Shown here in pieces: positions 10,730 through 22,263 of a stretch of 64,000 bases of DNA. The stretch comes from Hemiscyllium ocellatum (lineage: Eukaryota): contig NW_026867487.1 of assembly GCF_020745735.1 (NCBI RefSeq), positions 5,039,239 to 5,103,238 of the forward strand, in the 5' to 3' direction. Each line of letters starts with the position of its first letter. The first letter of the stretch is position 1. The translations under genes were made by a program, and so were the position numbers. The notes beneath the pieces are model-generated. The model saw nothing but the letters and a program-made list of their open reading frames with translations. It ran no database searches and was not told the DNA's origin.

Positions 10730-11610
10730 TGCTGACTGAATTTAAGAGCAGGAAAATTCTGCTCCAATTGTACAAGGTGTTGGTGAGGCCGAACCCAGTG
10801 TATTATGCGCAATTCTGGTCTCTATACTTGAGGAAGGATTTAATGGCTTTGGAGGCGGTGCAGAGGAGGTTCACCAGATTGATTTCTGGGAGGATGGGGT
10901 CAACCTCTGAGGAGAGGTAAAACTGCCTGGGGCTTTACTCGGTAGAATTTGGAAGAACGAGAAGCGATCTTACCAAAACATATGCAATGATGAAAGTGAT
11001 ACGTAAGATAGAGGGAGGCAAGTTGTTTCAGCTGGTGGGTGAGACGAGGTCGAGGGGACGTGGTGTCAAAATTAGGGGGAGTAGATTTAGAACAGAGATA
11101 AGGAAGAGCTATTTTTCCCGTGGGCGGCACGGTGGCACTGCTGTCTCACAGCGCCAGAGAGGCGGCTTCAATTCCCCCCTCGGGCAACTGTGTGGCGTTT
11201 GCACATTCTCCCCTGGTTTACTCTGGTGCTCTGGTTTACTCCCATAATGCAAACGTGTGCAGGTCAGGTGAATTGGCCAGGCTAAGTTGCCCGTAGTGTT
11301 AGGTGAAGGTGTAAATGTAGGGGAGTGGGTAGCGCTTCGGTGTGGACTTGTTGGGCCGAAGGGCCTGTTTCCACACTTTAAGTAATCTAATCTAATAGTG
11401 AATTTGTGGAATTCGCTGCCCAAGGAAGAGTAGAAGCAGCTTCATTGAATTTATCCAAGACGCATTTGAATGAGTTTTTGCATGTTCTGTAAAATAAGGG
11501 TTATGGGTCTAATGCAGGTCAGGGGAGCTGAGACAATGGATATACTTTAATGAATGGTGGAGCAGGCTCGACGGGTCAAAGGGCCTCTCCTACGTCTATT
11601 ACTATGTGGC
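10730..11610 (+). mobile_element. CR1-clade LINE 3' fragment with a nested SINE
   Basis: LYKVLVRPNPVYYAQFWSLYLRKDLMALEAVQRRFTRLI matches the CR1 ORF2 C-terminus. Homologous remnants at ~36765-37340 and ~55610-56010. Confidence 0.8.
11122..11396 (+). mobile_element. HE1-type SINE, present only in unit 1
   Basis: Typical head and aatct tail. Absent at the homologous sites ~37140 and ~55800. Confidence 0.8.
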
Positions 11611-11828
11611 ATCGCTTTAACATTTCAAGAGCTCTTTGCTCTTCACAATCAACTGGCACAGTGATATAAGAATAGTTTCAATATAGAAAAGCGCAGAAAG
11701 AGATATTTTGGGACTACTGATGTTTGTCGTTTCGTTTTCAATATCTTATCAGTTGACAATCCAGTGACATATCCGAAATGTGGCTCAGGACGTAGGTAGG
11801 GAATGGAGGGTCATGAGTGTGTTTGGCT

Positions 11829-11867
11829 AGTTTTTGTACGGACTGACTGCAACTCTTTGTCAGCGTG
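11829..11867 (-). other. 23-RSS of Vc1
   Basis: CACGCTG, 23 bp, ACAAAAACT. Confidence 0.88.
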
Positions 11868-12302
11868 AGACTCAGCGCACAGTGATAGACGGCAGAGTCA
11901 GATACAAGAGCAGCTGCGATATTTAAAGGAAGTACTTTCTTTTCTTTGTCCAGAGTGGAAGAGAACCTGTCAGAGAAAGCTGGAAAGGTATGTCCTTCTT
12001 CCTTGTTGAATCTTCTCAGTAAATATCTCAGAGTTTTCCCCGGATACTGGATGTACCAAAAGAGCACTGCAGTAGTGTACTGTGCTGAGTAATTACAGTT
12101 CAGGATTACAGTCTCTCCTTCTTGAACCGTTTTTTCAAGTGGATGCTGGGAAACTGAATCTTGGCCACTCGCACCTGCAACAAACACGATGAAGTTGTCA
12201 ATAAGTTGAAGGTCGAACTGGTGAAGCGTATCTTGACGATTTTAAGACAGACTTACCTGACACCACTGTCATTATTATCAGTAAAGTGCATAAAAAGCAC
12301 AT
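11868..12302 (-). CDS. TCR alpha/delta-type V segment Vc1, apparently functional
   Basis: Leader 12302-12257 MCFLCTLLIIMTVVS(G), 82-nt GT-AG intron, V exon 12174-11868 with LNC, FWYIQ and VYHCALS. Confidence 0.92.
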
Positions 12303-12452
12303 GTTTCAGGTTCGACAGTTAACAACACACTTTTGAAATATTTTCACCTACTGCTGTTACATGAAGGACTGAGCCCCGATCAGAAACAACCTTCACTCTC
12401 TGGATAAGTGAGATATATGTTCCCTTAATTCAATTGGCTGCTTTCTCAGATC

Positions 12453-12473
12453 TGACGTCAACAGTGGACCAAT
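12453..12473 (-). promoter_or_regulatory. Vc promoter CRE with adjacent CCAAT
   Basis: TGACGTCA at 12453-12460, also at 38201-38208 (Vc2) and 56825-56832 (Vc3), about 140-150 bp upstream of each ATG. Confidence 0.6.
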
Positions 12474-13071
12474 CACAGTTAATACAGGACCGAATACAGC
12501 TGACTCACTCCAATCTCTTCCCTGGCTGTCTTGCTCAACCTGTTGCTATTTCCCATATTTTCAGCCATTATGTCTCCCCCTCTCCCCTCCCCGCCCCCTT
12601 CACACTATATTTTCTGCAGCGATCGGTCGGCCACTCTTCCGAGAAGTAGATCTTTCTCTGTAGGTAGAATGAAATGTAAAATAATTCAAAATCATTTTAT
12701 TACTCAGGTCTCAATTCATGTGGACAGCCAAAGCCCAGAGTTAATTGTCACCGTGTATAGTTCAGCAAGGAAATGCCAAGCAGTTAACCACCTCGAAACT
12801 GAGTTGTGGTACTAGTGGGACTCATCGTGTTTTGACAAATTGCTGACTTCATAACAGAAACAATTTATCCCTTGAATTTTAAAATTTTCACTGTATCAAT
12901 CACCTCAAGAACCAGATTTCAGACTGTAAACAGTTTTCAAAGATAGTTTGGCATTGGATCTGGGACTTTTAGAAGTGAAAATTGATTAAGTTACTTACTG
13001 AGGGATGCATTGCAACAGAACAACACCTTTCGAAATGCTTCCACAAAACAATTTGATGTAGCCATAAAAAG

Positions 13072-13073
<2 letters not shown>

Positions 13074-13129
<56 letters not shown>

Positions 13130-13131
13130 AC
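13074..13131. repeat. (CT)n(CA)n compound microsatellite
   Basis: Seen directly. The homologous site in unit 3 (~38820-38858) is (GC)n(CA)n. Confidence 0.95.
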
Positions 13132-13134
13132 GTT

Positions 13135-13500
13135 GTATGGAGGACGACTGGTTCATCACTCAGGGGAGGATAGTACGTGTTAATCAGCAGGAGATTTATT
13201 TGGACATGATTAACCTTCTGCCATGGGACTGCATGAAATATGGAAACAATGCTAAGGATTGTGAGGGCAACTCCCTCCCGACTGAATACAGTGGAGTGGC
13301 TACCTCTGCTCAATCAGTCCTGTGAGTGGGGTGGGATATACCCAGGGAGGGTGATCGTTGTGTCTCAGATGTTGTGTATCAAATATGATTCCATAGCTAT
13401 GAATATGTCAAACTGTTGCTTGACCAGTCTCTAATACAGCTCTCCAACTTTGGCACCATTTCCCCAGAAGTTCGTAAGGACAACTTTGCAGAGTCCACTT
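13135..13500 (-). mobile_element. Old CR1/L2-type LINE relic, APE endonuclease region
   Basis: SREGVALTILSIVSIFHAVPWQKVNHVQINLLLINTYYPP. The unit-4 copy (~57420-57780) reads KQQPDKLITIESYLIDNIQDTTATIPVYVPSHRQDR. Also at ~38860-39135. Confidence 0.7.
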
Positions 13501-13600
13501 TTCTCTTTCTGCTGTTATTTTTTTCTAATGCATCATTCGATGCCATGTGGATCGTACCGTTGCTTTCCTTTGTTGAGACTTCAAAGAGATTGATAGACTT

Positions 13601-13925
13601 GGGTGGCATGGTGCCTTAATGGTTAGCACTGTTGTCTCGCAGCACCAGGGACCGGCGTTCAAGTCTAGCCTCGGGAGACTGTCTGTGTAGAGTTTACACA
13701 TTCCTCCACGTTTATGTTGGTTTCTTCCGGGTGTTCCCGTTTCCTCCCACTATATAAAGATGTGCATGTTAGGTGAATTGCCCACACTAAAATTATCCAT
13801 ATTGCTCAAGGCTGTATCGGGGAGATGTAGAGTTATGGGGTTGAATCTGGGTACATTTTGGAGGGTTGTGTGGACTTGTTGGGCCAAATAGCCTGTTTTC
13901 ACACTGCAGGGATTGTATGACATCT
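13601..13925 (+). mobile_element. Older HE1-type SINE shared by units 1, 3 and 4
   Basis: Same flanks as the copy at 57870-58210 and the truncated copy at ~39137-39430. Confidence 0.75.
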
Positions 13926-13944
13926 ATGAATACAGGACCTTGCT

Positions 13945-14190
13945 AGTCCAGTGCTGTCGATCCGTAGTCACAAATGGGCTAGACCAGGTGAGGACAGAGG
14001 TTTACCCGGAAGTACATTAGTGAATGAAATCAATCAATTGACAATGTTGTCGTGGCCATTGTTAGATTCTTAATTCGAGATGTTTAATTTCATTCCATTC
14101 AAATTCCACCATCTACTTTGATGGGATTCGAATCCCGGTTCGCTGAATATTAACTGACTCTCTACAATAATAATCAAACGATAATACTAA
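13945..14190 (-). mobile_element. Decayed tRNA-derived SINE (common shark repeat)
   Basis: aaattccaccatct..gggattcgaatccc is the reverse complement of a tRNA B-box head. Copies at ~39445-39700 and ~58225-58480. Confidence 0.55.
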
Positions 14191-14649
14191 TAGGTTAGCT
14201 CTTCTCACTTTTTAAAACTTTCTCCAAAGCTTTCCTTTTCAAACATACCTCCCATTTCCTTTCGAAAGTTCCCATTTAAGTTATTTTGATCATCATTTTA
14301 GGTAATGTATTCCACCTCAGTTTAATAAGTTAGGAGAAATGAGGCATATCTCAAATGTCAGTGCGTGGGATGTACATATCACTAGAAGTGGAAATTCTTG
14401 GACACAATGCAGGTCTTTCCTTATCTAGTATTCGAGCTATCACCATTATTAAGGAACAGATTCATTTCACTTCCACTTCAACCTGCGATTTTACTGCAGA
14501 TTTTTACCTAATTTATTTCAAATGGGCTTTTGCCCACAAACCAGGACGGTAACACAAACAGGTTCAAATGTTGGAGAATTATCAAGTGCCCATTTTCAAA
14601 CTGGAAACTTAAACCTGCCACTTTACTTTCAGTCAGGGACAAATCACAA

Positions 14650-14915
14650 ACACAGCAGTCTGCGTTTCAGATCTCCAGCATCCGCAGTTACCTTTCATGT
14701 TATGAATGTGATCACAGCCTTTTTGAGAAAGGAATTTTAAAGCATCAAGAGGTTTGGCAAACATTCACAACAGGGAGATACGATGCTCAACCTGTGTGCC
14801 TTCATGGATTCGATTAATCACCTCCTGAACAGACATAAAGATATCAAGGACGAACCATGCATGTGTGACGACTGTGGCAAGGAATTTAATTAGCCATCCT
14901 AGCTGGAAATCCTTG
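14650..14915 (+). pseudogene. Decayed C2H2 zinc-finger gene relic
   Basis: SCYECDHS, IHNRE..CSTC and RHKD..EPCMCDDCGKEFN*PS*LEI in mixed frames. Copies at ~59450-59720 and, split by a PLE, at ~39980-40163 / 42831-42930. Confidence 0.55.
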
Positions 14916-16339
14916 GATGAGTGACATGAGGAATAAATTTCCGGAGTTCGTTGTGAACTTTTCTGAAGCAAAACGTTGCATTACCAAATTAAAATCAGCT
15001 TGTTTCAGATTTGGGATTGGTTAAAGAGAGAGGGCAAGCAATCATTTTGTACCTGGTACAAGTCTGTTTAACTTCTTATGTTCAGCAAAAGAACTATGAG
15101 TTCATTCTTATTGACAATAATATTCACTTTATTGTCACACTTAATATGAGAGCTACGAACTAATATAAAAAAACACTACGAACTATCTTATGCTTTAATT
15201 TAACCTTGTATATTCGTATACCACCACACTCGAACTTGGCCATGCTCCATGTGATGACGTTTTACTTTCCTTTCGATGGTCTTAAAGGTGTCTTCTCCTT
15301 CGTAGGTTATTCTCGTGTTACCTTCCTGAGCGGGGTTTTGTGAAGAGTAACTGCCAACGGATTGCTCAGGTTCGATTAACCTAAACGATCAGACTCAACC
15401 AGGTCTTGGCGCGTTGATGGCAGAGTGGCCCTTAGCCATGCAATAGGGAAGGTGCTGGGTGCACGTAACCTCCTACAAATAGGGGTGCTAGGCACTCTCT
15501 GTCTAGCGAATGATTCACTACTCTCAATTGTCCCGAGGGCGTCATTCCATTGTTCCACTCAAGTCCAACTTCAGGTGTGTATTGCAGGGTTTGCTGCTGT
15601 CAAGCGTCTGTGGGTAGCTGCAGACTGTCCGGATTCTGCAACATACGGATGAACAATCACTTTAGTCGAGGCTGAGTTCGAGTTCCCAGCATGCTCTAAT
15701 CATTGTTCATCTTTTCTAACACCATATAAAGTGTACTAGTGCCATCATAAGTTCATTATTTGAGGTAATGCTTCTGGCCACAGTTACCTTGCTCTTCAGA
15801 AGTCCTATTGAATAGACAACATAATGTTGTGCAATTTTTAATCAAGATTTAAAGTGACACCATTCATTCTGGAAATAGAGTCTGAAACCTGAACAATGGA
15901 AATTGGTTTTGATGGACTACCAATATACACAAAATGATTTGGAAGTGCACAGGCAGTGCTGAGTGGTTGAAGAGATATTATATGATCTGTAATTATTATT
16001 TGTTCCTTGAAAGCAGAAACATGTTGCAGGAAAAATAAATCAACCATGGCTAACAAAAGATTGAAGGTCCGAAGTTATATGGTTTGCAAGGCTGCTAGAA
16101 ACAATGAGAAGCCAAATGTTTGAAAGTAATTCAAAATTCAACAAAGGATGAACCAAAGACGGATTAAAGGTGAAAAGAGAAGATGCATGGAATCTTGAGG
16201 AATTATTAATGTGGACTGCAGAAGTTGCTTACATAGATGAAATGCAGAAAAACGCAAAAAAAATACTGAATTGATTCCTCGGCCATCAGCTCCAACATAC
16301 ACTGCCTTATCACTAATGCACAGTTGCAGAAGGGTGGCC

Positions 16340-16625
16340 ACAATATGCATTGCAGTAATTCGTCAAGTGACCAGCAACAGAACATTCTCATGCTCTCTAC
16401 CACCTAGAAAGACAAAGACAGTAGATGCATGGGACCACTTCACTTTCAGGCCATACTCGGCCGTGACTTGGACGGACGTCACATTCTTTCACGATCTCTT
16501 GATCAAGATCCTGGAACTCTCTCGCTAACAACAATGTGGGTGCCCGAACTCAGCAAGAATTGCAGACATTCAAGAAGGCAGGTCACCACCACATTCTCCC
16601 AGGCAGTTAGGTTTGGTCAATGCTG
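16340..16625 (+). mobile_element. Old LINE (L2/CR1-like) 3' relic
   Basis: caagatcctggaactctctcgctaacaacaatgtgggtg..ttcaagaaggcaggtcaccaccac resembles a common shark LINE tail. Copies at ~44420-44680 and ~61220-61470. Confidence 0.55.
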
Positions 16626-17634
16626 CTCTCCCTGGTTCTCTGTGCTTAAAGTGATATAATACCACCCTCTGCTGGCGCTACACACCACTGCACTGGCAGA
16701 GTGTAAAAATCATTGGGGGTTATGCCAGAGCAATGGCAGCAACGCGCTACATTGTTCAAATGTACAACACCACCTGCTCACACACTTAGTCAACGTGGGG
16801 ATGTCAGACCTGGTTAAGGTGAACCATTGTGTGCCACTTCCAGCAAATGAATGTGCCTGGAGAGGACAGATTAAGAAGCAGCAAGTCCTACAACCAGAAG
16901 TGTCAACACAGCAAACACTATGAAAAGTAGACATTGAAATATCAGCCCCGTTTTCCCTGTCACCCATAACATAACTGTTTTTTTGTGACTGGTTTCTCTG
17001 TATTCAAGGAATACAGGGTGATAGTTATTCATGACAGTAAGAGTTGCAACCAATTGAGATATATATCATCAGTTCATAATTGTTAAAAGGCATCTGGAAT
17101 ATATTAATTAGCAATGAATACCAATACATGTTAAGTTACAGAGGCCTGGGCCAGACTCTCTTATAATTTGGGACTAAAGGACAGACAAATCTGGAATTTT
17201 GTAAACTTTGATAAATTCTTTTGCTTTTAGGATACCTCGAGGGACTGTAGGTCTTATGGCTATCCAGGCATTCCAATCATCCAGCTGTTTTCAGAAATGT
17301 AAGTGCTTAAATTTCTTCTTTCATGGGAAATTTGGGTCTAGAATTACATTTGCATCATTATCCCTCACAATTAAATTAGATTCCGATTTCCTAAATACAC
17401 TGACTACGCTGGAAAAAGTCGGACTTTGAACGATGCTCCAGCGCCTAGGTCGTATTATCCTGCTGCATGAAACGTACTTTGGTAGTGTCCATCGCTCACT
17501 TACAATGGAGACATTCAGCATCACTTGCGGACATTTCTCAAATAAAGACCACTGCCCTATGAGGCACGACATTCCCAAATCTCACAGTGCTTTGACAGAT
17601 AAGTTTTCCCTCGCCTCCGATTTAAATGGAGAGA

Positions 17635-18230
17635 GTTATAGAGTCCTACAATACGGAGACAGTGCCTCTTAATCAAATGATCCATGCCATCCACCAACGC
17701 TAACACCATTTCCCTGCACTTGGTCTATATCCTTCTAATCCTTTCCTATCCATGGACTTGTCGAAATCCCTTTTAAATGTTGCTAATGTAGCCGCCTCAG
17801 CCACTTCTGCTGGCAGTTCATTCCACTTGAGTACTACCCTCTGTGTTAAAAAAGTTGCCCACAGGTTCCTTTTTATTCTTTTCCCTTCAACTGATGCCCT
17901 CTCGTTCTTATTTCCCCAACTTTGGACAAATGATTGAGTGCATTCACACTATCCATGCCTCTCATGGTCTCAAACACCTCGATAATATCCAACCCAGACG
18001 CATCCACACTTCCCTCAATCTCCTACACTCTAATGATAAATGCCTAACCTCTCCTTCTATTTCAGAACATTGAATCCAGGCAACATGCTTGTACATTTCT
18101 TCTGCACTCTTTCTATTTAAATAAATACTTCATATAGCAAGGTGACCAAATTGAACATCCTTACTGAAGTCCTGTATAATCGCAACATTACTTCCCAATT
18201 TCTATACTAAATTCCCTGACTGATGAAGGC
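17635..18230 (-). mobile_element. CR1-clade LINE 3' fragment
   Basis: Reverse complement encodes the CR1 ORF2 tail (KKFTSILPGLNGL..ERLDKLG in the unit-4 copy). Copies at ~45700-46265 and ~62515-63100. Confidence 0.75.
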
Positions 18231-18889
18231 TAGTGTGCCAAAAACCTTTTTCACTGTCCTATCTAACTGTGACTTTCAGACAACCGTGCACCTGAACATT
18301 GGGATCGGTCTGTTGCATTACATTCATCATGAAACTCTTGTTTTGAATTCACTTTCCAAAATGCAAGACCTCACACTTATCTATATCAGATTCTACATGC
18401 CATTTCTGGCCCAGTTCCCCAGCTGATCAAGACCTGCTTCAATATCTGATAACCTTCCTGAATGTTCACTATATCTCCGATTTTAGTGTCATCTGCAAAC
18501 GTACTGTTCATGTCTTGTACATTGTCATCCAAATCATCAATATCGGAGCATTGGATACCTTTTGAAAAATAGATGCATTTAAACTATAACCTGTCGTTGT
18601 AGTACGTCGTTAATATTAGGAAGTAGTCCCTGAAATGTTCCCAATTGAGCACTCTTAAAAAATGTGATGCTTTCTGAAATACATGCTGCTTGGATTCGAC
18701 AGCAGTGGTGGAACTATATGATCTTAATCAAAAGACAGCAACAGGTATAGAACTTTGACACTGTAATTTTTTCAATATCAAGCCAGAAATAATTTCCATT
18801 GCACTCAGAGATGGACACAGACATTCACACGCATGTGTGTGCACACACAAAGAAACACACACAGGCACGCACATCTAAACACACACATA

Positions 18890-19360
18890 AAATCTGTGAA
18901 ACCAATCTGAACCCATCTAACCCACCCTATTCCGTTCTCAGCCATATGCCCATCCAATGACCGTTTAAAATCACTTAAAGTTGGAAAATCTACTACTGTT
19001 AAGGAAGTGCATTCCACGCCCCTTCAACTCTCTGAGTAAAGTAACTACTTCTGATATCTGTCCTATATCTATCACTCCTCAGTTTAAAGCCATGTCCCGT
19101 CGTGCTCGCCATCGCCATCCGAGAAAAAAACGCTCTCCCTGCCCACCCTATTTAACCCTCTGATTATCTTCTATGTCTGAATTAAGTCGCCTCTTAACCT
19201 TCTTTCTAACGAAAACAACTTCAAGTCGCTCAACCATGCTTAGTAAGACCTTCCCTCCATACATGCAACATCCCCGTAAATCTCACCTGAACCCTTTCCA
19301 AAGTTTCCGCATCCTTCCTATAATAGTGACCGAAACTGTACGCAATGTTCCAAGTGCAGC
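18890..19360 (-). mobile_element. CR1-clade LINE 3' fragment shared by units 1-3
   Basis: Homologous to ~27610-28150 and ~47200-47740 at the same position upstream of Vd. Confidence 0.7.
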
Positions 19361-20161
19361 AGCGTCATTCAGATTCAATTTCTGAAGGGCCAGTATAATG
19401 AATGCGCAGCATCTTCCAATAGAAGGAGATTAAAAAGATGCTTGCATGGTTTTATGTAGGCCCCGTCAGAGAGAGGTGGGTGAAGGTGCGCGTTTTTTTT
19501 TGTGTGTGTGTATACAGGTGAGAGAGAGGTTGATTTCAGAGAGAGATCACCTTTGAAGGCCATAACATAATGAGTTACTAATCTTGATCTTCCTGCTAAT
19601 ATCGCATCATGGTGAGGTGATACGCCGCTTCAAATCACTCACCAAAATTTTAGGATTAATATTGAGATCAGTTGCTTGTTTCAAGAAGGCAGATGGAAGT
19701 GTGGAAAACACTGTCAGTTGCAATGAGTGAAGAAAATACCCCGAAACCATTGGCTGCTGCATCTGAAATAAAACGTGCTGAGTAAATCAAGCTACCATTT
19801 TGTTTTGGGCGAGGGGTGGGGGGTGGAGAGGGAGAAGGATATTTTGATTATCATTGACTACGATACGTGTGAACTCAATTGTGTTGAGAAAATTTCCGTC
19901 ACAATTTCCGGACGTAACCACTAGAAGGCAGGGTGAATCAGTGACATGAATTGAATGTGAGGGCGGAGTAACATTACGCAGAGTGTGCGCAGCTGTTAGT
20001 GTGAAAGACTTGGTATCAAAAAGTGAACTCCAAGACATAAAATATTCCACAATTTCGAAGGAAGGCTACATTGTGCTCAACACGAAAAGAGGATTTTTCT
20101 AGTTATTAATTTCTTTTTCTCAAGAAAATTCTGTGGGCCTTACGTTTCATGTAACTTGATC

Positions 20162-20493
20162 ATGTTTCAAATTTACCAAGGTCTTTTCTTGCTTTCCTCT
20201 CTAATCTACATGGTAGAAACTGGAGAAGATGAAGTAAGGCAACTGGCTCGGAAAACAGTTGTTCAGGAGGCAGAAAACGCTTCCATGGAGTGCTCCACAA
20301 CAACATTGGGCACAGTGCATTGGTACAAACAGTTCCCGAACCAGCCACCCCAGTATCTGGTGATGGCTAAAACAGAAGCTGATCAACATGAGAGGATCTC
20401 TGCTTCATTCAGTACAGTCAACAAACACAGTACTCTAAGTGTGAGAGACGCCAGACTTAATGACACCGCCATCTATCTCTGTGCCAATGGGGG
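20162..20493 (+). CDS. TCR V segment Vd1, single-exon leader+V, compact domain
   Basis: MFQIYQGLFLLSSLIYMVETG-EDEV..MEC STTTLGTVH W YKQ..DTAIYLCANG in one uninterrupted frame. Confidence 0.88.
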
Positions 20494-20532
20494 CACAGTG
20501 TCATAAACAGAGGGCGAGTCTGAACAAAAACC
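20494..20532 (+). other. Consensus 23-RSS of Vd1
   Basis: CACAGTG, 23 bp, ACAAAAACC. Confidence 0.95.
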
Positions 20533-21089
20533 TATACCGAGTGGGAGTGCCGCAGTTCTGAGCATTAATATTATTATTTCTGGGCTTTATAAGGGGAACG
20601 TGATCACGATTAAAAAAAAGAAATAATATGGCCGAGCAAAATGCAAAGAGTGCAAGAAGTGAAGAGAATTGGAAATCTGGGCAGAGACAAAGGAAACATA
20701 TACATATATGCTAACATCAGTGAAAGGAAAGATGAGAGAAAGAGCAGAAATAACGTAACAATCCACGTAGAAGAGAGAATGGTGATAAACTATTGAAAGA
20801 TAAATAGAAAAATAACGTGTGATACACAGATGTTAAGTATTAAAATCATTTAAGTCATAAATCAATGGTGAAGAAAAGTAAAGTGGCCTTACTTTTAACA
20901 TCATTCACATTTCATGAACAGTTACACAATCCAGTCGTCTCAAAAATGACTCCACAAAGCTAATCATTCGATATCATCACATCCATTGAGTTGCTCATTT
21001 CCTTGTCAAACAACGTTTCTAGATGTCCCGCCAGAGGAAGCTGTAGCCTTACTCATCTAAACTCTTTATACCCTTCTTGCAGAGTCTTT

Positions 21090-21430
21090 GTGCAATTCTA
21101 ATCACTTGCCTTGCCATTTAGTTTTGTGTGTTTGCAAAATATATTCTCTTCTGTCAATAATATGCATAAACGTGTACTCTGTTCTCTCGCCATTCCTATT
21201 CAGATCTTCAGAGAAACTGTCATCATGATTTCTTCCTTCAAAAAAATATCGTATTAGGATTGCACAGGCAATTCTGGCATGTATCACTAATACACCTTGA
21301 AAATGTGGCATTGAGCCGATTTATCTGGGTGCTGCAATGTATCTGGTATAGATACCATGGATACATTTGCTATGGCACAGTGTAAAATTCAAGAAATGTC
21401 CATAGGTATGAATCTTATCAGAAAATGCAA
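21090..21430 (-). pseudogene. Highly decayed V-gene relic between Vd and Ve
   Basis: The unit-2 copy (~29890-30190) reads AAPGQNVSLP[Y]S..FSESLNGNGERAEVHIN..FCQR followed by CACAAAA. The unit-3 copy (~49560-49890) keeps a phase-1 donor TCT G|GTAAGA. Confidence 0.45.
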
Positions 21431-21621
21431 CAAAATCAATATTCCACTCTATCATTTAAGTAATTGAAAACGTAGACTTTTTAAAAAAAAAATTGACATC
21501 ATCATTTTATGCAAAACCCCCAAGTATACTGACTCTCAGGCTGGGCTAAAGGCAGGTCTCAAAAGGTATGAGAGCAGTTCTCTTAACTAGGGAACTCCTG
21601 TTCTAATACTCGAACAACATG

Positions 21622-22263
21622 GTTAAAAGTCACACAAAACCAACTTGTCAACCAATAGGTTTAGTTGGAAGTTTCCGGAGCGCTGTGCTTCATCAGGTGG
21701 TTGTGGAGTTTAAGTCCATAAAACACAGAATTTATAGCAAAATTTTACAGCGTGATGTCACTGAAATTATGCATTGAAAAAATACCTGGATTGTTTGTTA
21801 AGTCTCTCATCTTTTAGAAGCAACATGTTGCTTTCAGTTCTTTCTTACGTAAATTTCAGAATTTTTTTAAAGTTCCATTCTCAAGAGAACTTTAACAATT
21901 GGTGTCATGTCGGCCCAGTTAATGCCGGCAAGACACTCATTGTTAAAGTTCACTTGACAATATAACCTTAAAAATAAATATGTGAGTTACATATGAAAGA
22001 ACTAAAACCAAGATATCTATACTAAAAGATGAGGCTTAACAGACAATCAAGATCTTTTTTTTTCAATACATGATTTCAATTACAATCACACTGAAAACGT
22101 TGGCTATAAATTCTGTGTCTTACAATCTTATACTCCACAACCATCTGATGAAGGAGCAGCGCTTCAACAGCTAGTGGTTCCAAGTAAACCTGTTGGACTA
22201 GAAACTGGTGTTGTGTGATTTTTAGCTTTGTACATCCCAGTCCAGCACCGCCACCTCCAAACT
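21622..22263. mobile_element. Non-autonomous fold-back PLE remnant (inverted pLTR arms), 10-bp TSD, unit 1 only
   Basis: TSD gaacaacatg at 21612-21621 and 22264-22273. Arms ~21622-21820 and ~22020-22240 are inverted homologs carrying decayed CTGATGA motifs. The site is empty in units 2 and 3. Confidence 0.75.

Noticed and set aside
11657-11663. Isolated CACAGTG/CACTGTG heptamers (also ~20310, ~21376, ~22374, ~24506, ~43062, ~59865)
   Set aside because: No nonamer at a 12 or 23 spacing; several lie inside LINE relics.
17348-17355. Ig-type octamer ATTTGCAT, also at 45406 and 62223
   Set aside because: No credible leader or V nearby, and the three copies are one event duplicated with the cassette.
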